Below are positions 44,317 through 46,385 of a stretch of 46,385 nt of DNA, piece after piece; position 1 is the first letter of the stretch; every line of letters begins with the position of its first letter. The DNA is from a virus (Duplodnaviria > Caudoviricetes): the IMG/VR virus record IMGVR_UViG_3300048565_000023, positions 1-46,385 of that record; one strand, 5' to 3'. The translations under genes and the position numbers were made by a program. The notes under the pieces are model-generated. The model searched no databases. It saw only the letters and a program-made list of their open reading frames with translations, and was not told the DNA's origin.

Positions 44317-44680
44317 TGCGGTCCTATGTTTTTGGTGCTGTTTTCGAAGGGGCCAAACTCGTGATTCGGTGCAAATCCGGGGCTTGTCGGAATCTTCCGA
44401 CATTTAAGTGCCGAAAAATCGGCAAAAACACACGGATAAATCAAGCCAGACACTACAGCTGGAACTAACCCCAAGACCGAAGCTAGCTCCGAGATGAAGT
44501 TTTTGCCCGTTTTTTGGAGCTTTGGCGAGCGGGTGCCGATTTTCTGGCGCTCGGTTTCGGGGCATCGGCCGGGGCATGTTTTGCCCAAACGCCTTGTTTT
44601 TTTCCCATGCAAATACGGTAGCAGGAAAATTTTATCTCTCAACGGGCAAAGGACTTACGACACGACCTTATCAAAAGTCT

Positions 44681-44721
44681 GTCAAAAGAGTATTGAACAG
44701 TACTGTATTTGACGATATAGT
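44681..44721 (+). promoter_or_regulatory. Early sigma70-type promoter with palindromic operator
   Basis: TTGAAC(44693)-17 bp-TATAGT(44716); ACAGTACTGT palindrome at 44697; GTCAAA/TTTGAC inverted pair. Confidence 0.7.
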
Positions 44722-44807
44722 ACGGACGCCTAATGGAAGTGAACGGAAACCACAAGGCAAACGGAGACAGACAACGGAAGTTCAACACCTTTTAAGGAGT
44801 TCTTCCG

Positions 44808-45125
44808 GTGTCAATGGACGGAGGGTTCGTGGTAATGAACCGGAAGAATCTAAGCCCGCAGGTTGCTCGCAAAGTCGCAAGGGCGATTCGAGAACGCCTC
44901 TGCGTGGCCTGCCTTGTTAAAGACGATTTCGACAAGCCCGCGACCCACCCTCGCGGCCTTTGCACGACTCACTACACGCAATTCCTGACGACGCGACCGG
45001 ACCCTGACACCGACTACGAAGGGTCGCTTGCATACGACGCTAAGCAGGTTTCTGAGGGCTTAGTGCTCAAGAGTAGCACCGGTCGAAAACGTGATCGCAA
45101 GAACCCGTTTGCCGAGACCAAGTAG
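44808..45125 (+). CDS. Zinc-finger protein
   Basis: CVAC...RGLCTTHY. Confidence 0.65.
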   Translation: MSMDGGFVVMNRKNLSPQVARKVARAIRERLCVACLVKDDFDKPATHPRGLCTTHYTQFLTTRPDPDTDYEGSLAYDAKQVSEGLVLKSSTGRKRDRKNPFAETK

Positions 45126-45158
45126 TCCAAGCGTCTAGCCGAACTGTAGGAGCGATCA

Positions 45159-45425
45159 ATGAAGAAACTGCCCGCCGAAGAGCGCGAGATCATCCCAGGC
45201 GCAGCCTATTCAACCGCCCGCCTGTGCTCGCTGATCGGTAACGACGGCTTCGACAAGTTGCTGACGCTTGGGCTAACAGCCAAGTCACCCAACGGCCGCG
45301 ACTACTGGTACTTCGCAAAAGATGTCTTGGCAGTGATGGAAAAACTCGAAACAAAGAAACCAACGGGCAAGCGTTCGCACACGACTACGAAGCAGCGATT
45401 GCGATTGGCAAAAACAGAAGCCTAA
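45159..45425 (+). CDS. Small DNA-binding protein (excisionase/MerR-like winged helix, putative)
   Basis: YST..L.....G...L...GL......YWYFAKDVL; AGGAG RBS. Confidence 0.5.
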   Translation: MKKLPAEEREIIPGAAYSTARLCSLIGNDGFDKLLTLGLTAKSPNGRDYWYFAKDVLAVMEKLETKKPTGKRSHTTTKQRLRLAKTEA

Positions 45426-45524
45426 CCGCCCTCCGGGGCCAAGCGGAACAAAGAGAACTCCTCCGGTGGTGCAGAGACGCACAGAACGGAATCACACCGG
45501 AACAAAACAACAAGGAACGAATCG

Positions 45525-45788
45525 ATGAAGGTTTCTGAATACCGCGACTTAGCCAATCACGCCTTTAGCATGGCTCGCGACTTGAACAGTTGCACTACCG
45601 ACGAAGAGCGCCGCCGTTGGGGTGTGCGTGCCGAGAAGTTGAAACTGGAACTGTGGGCTGCTTCAAAGCCTTCCCGTGCCACGCAACGAGATTGCGAGCG
45701 AATGGAAATTGCCAAGACTCGCCTTCGCGATGCGTTTGATTCTGTTTCGCATCTTGTGTTTGAGGACAAGCAGTTTTTAGGACTCTAA
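45525..45788 (+). CDS. Hypothetical protein
   Basis: AAGGA RBS; helical. Confidence 0.6.
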   Translation: MKVSEYRDLANHAFSMARDLNSCTTDEERRRWGVRAEKLKLELWAASKPSRATQRDCERMEIAKTRLRDAFDSVSHLVFEDKQFLGL

Positions 45789-45814
45789 CGTGTGGAGGCT
45801 CCTCGCCTCCGAGC

Positions 45815-46177
45815 ATGGCTACACATGCCGAACGTGAGTTGTGTGGCGCTCCGGAGAGACGGGGATTTATTCAGGAAATTGCTATGGCTGGTTATGTTCA
45901 GACCGTTCGAGAACTTCAGGAAAAGATTCATGCGTTAACGATGGAACGTGACATGTTGCGCTCCGAATTATTCGCATCAGTGCCAACCACAAACGGCAAG
46001 CCTTACTTGCCGCAGCTCGCCGTAGACAACCCGCTTTTCGTCGGTTTCTGCCGCTACCTAGTTCAAGAAGGAATGTTCACGGCGAAGCAATTACTTGGCG
46101 TGATTGATCGGCCAGATCGATGGACGACGGAATTCGACGAGTGGAAAGAACACGGATCCGCAAAGTCAATTGAGTAG
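45815..46177 (+). CDS. Hypothetical protein (start may be ATG 45884)
   Basis: Coiled coil; C-terminal L..VID.P.RW..EF.EW. Confidence 0.6.
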   Translation: MATHAERELCGAPERRGFIQEIAMAGYVQTVRELQEKIHALTMERDMLRSELFASVPTTNGKPYLPQLAVDNPLFVGFCRYLVQEGMFTAKQLLGVIDRPDRWTTEFDEWKEHGSAKSIE

Positions 46178-46242
46178 CCATGAGGCAGAACGGACTCACT
46201 GCGAAGGGACTTTTACACGAAGGGAACGAAGCGATGAGCGTA

Positions 46243-46385
46243 GTGGAAGTTTTGAAGCGGGCTAAAGAGCGGATTGAGCGTGGTTGGTGCAGGGGGCAAT
46301 TCGCCGTGAATGCACACAACGAACCCGTCAGCGAGCTTTCCCAGGAGGCGTGCCGTTGGTGTACTTCGGGCGCTTTCTACGCAGT
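46243..46385. repeat. Terminal direct repeat, copy 2 (circular overlap)
   Basis: Matches 1-143 with one mismatch. Confidence 0.97.

Larger units (their letters stand above)
1..46385. mobile_element. Complete tailed bacteriophage genome (circular assembly)
   Basis: Terminase, portal, capsid, tail and replication modules present; the two window ends overlap by 143 bp. Confidence 0.95.

Noticed and set aside
44313-44920. ORFs 44313-44642(-), 44494-44712(+), 44522-44920(+)
   Set aside because: No motifs or convincing RBS; they overlap a palindrome-rich promoter region

Overview
The window looks like a complete, circularly assembled tailed-phage genome of about 46,242 bp: positions 1-143 recur at 46243-46385 with one mismatch. 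Almost all genes are on the + strand. Gene order: small early genes; a tRNA-like structured element; a Cas4-like nuclease/Sak4-like ATPase/SSB/RusA recombination module; an XRE HTH gene plus promoter; a replication initiator with internal iterons and a DnaC-like loader; an IS1595-derived island (PAPS-reductase-family cargo, catalytically truncated transposase, and a second orphan 24-bp end copy 4.4 kb away); an adenine methyltransferase; an RNAP alpha-CTD-like protein; a membrane/lysis-position cluster with a papain-like peptidase and no recognisable peptidoglycan hydrolase; an exported G8/CEMIP-like beta-helix protein; Ser/Thr-rich structural genes; terminase; a KTSC protein; a Mu-like head (DUF935 portal, protease-scaffold, gp36-like adaptor); a short tail with a -1 frameshift chaperone; and two tandem DxD glycosyltransferases. 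I saw no integrase, ParA, DNA polymerase, reverse transcriptase or CRISPR array. A Planctomycetota host is a soft inference from protein style only. All family calls come from motif recognition by eye, with no database searches.
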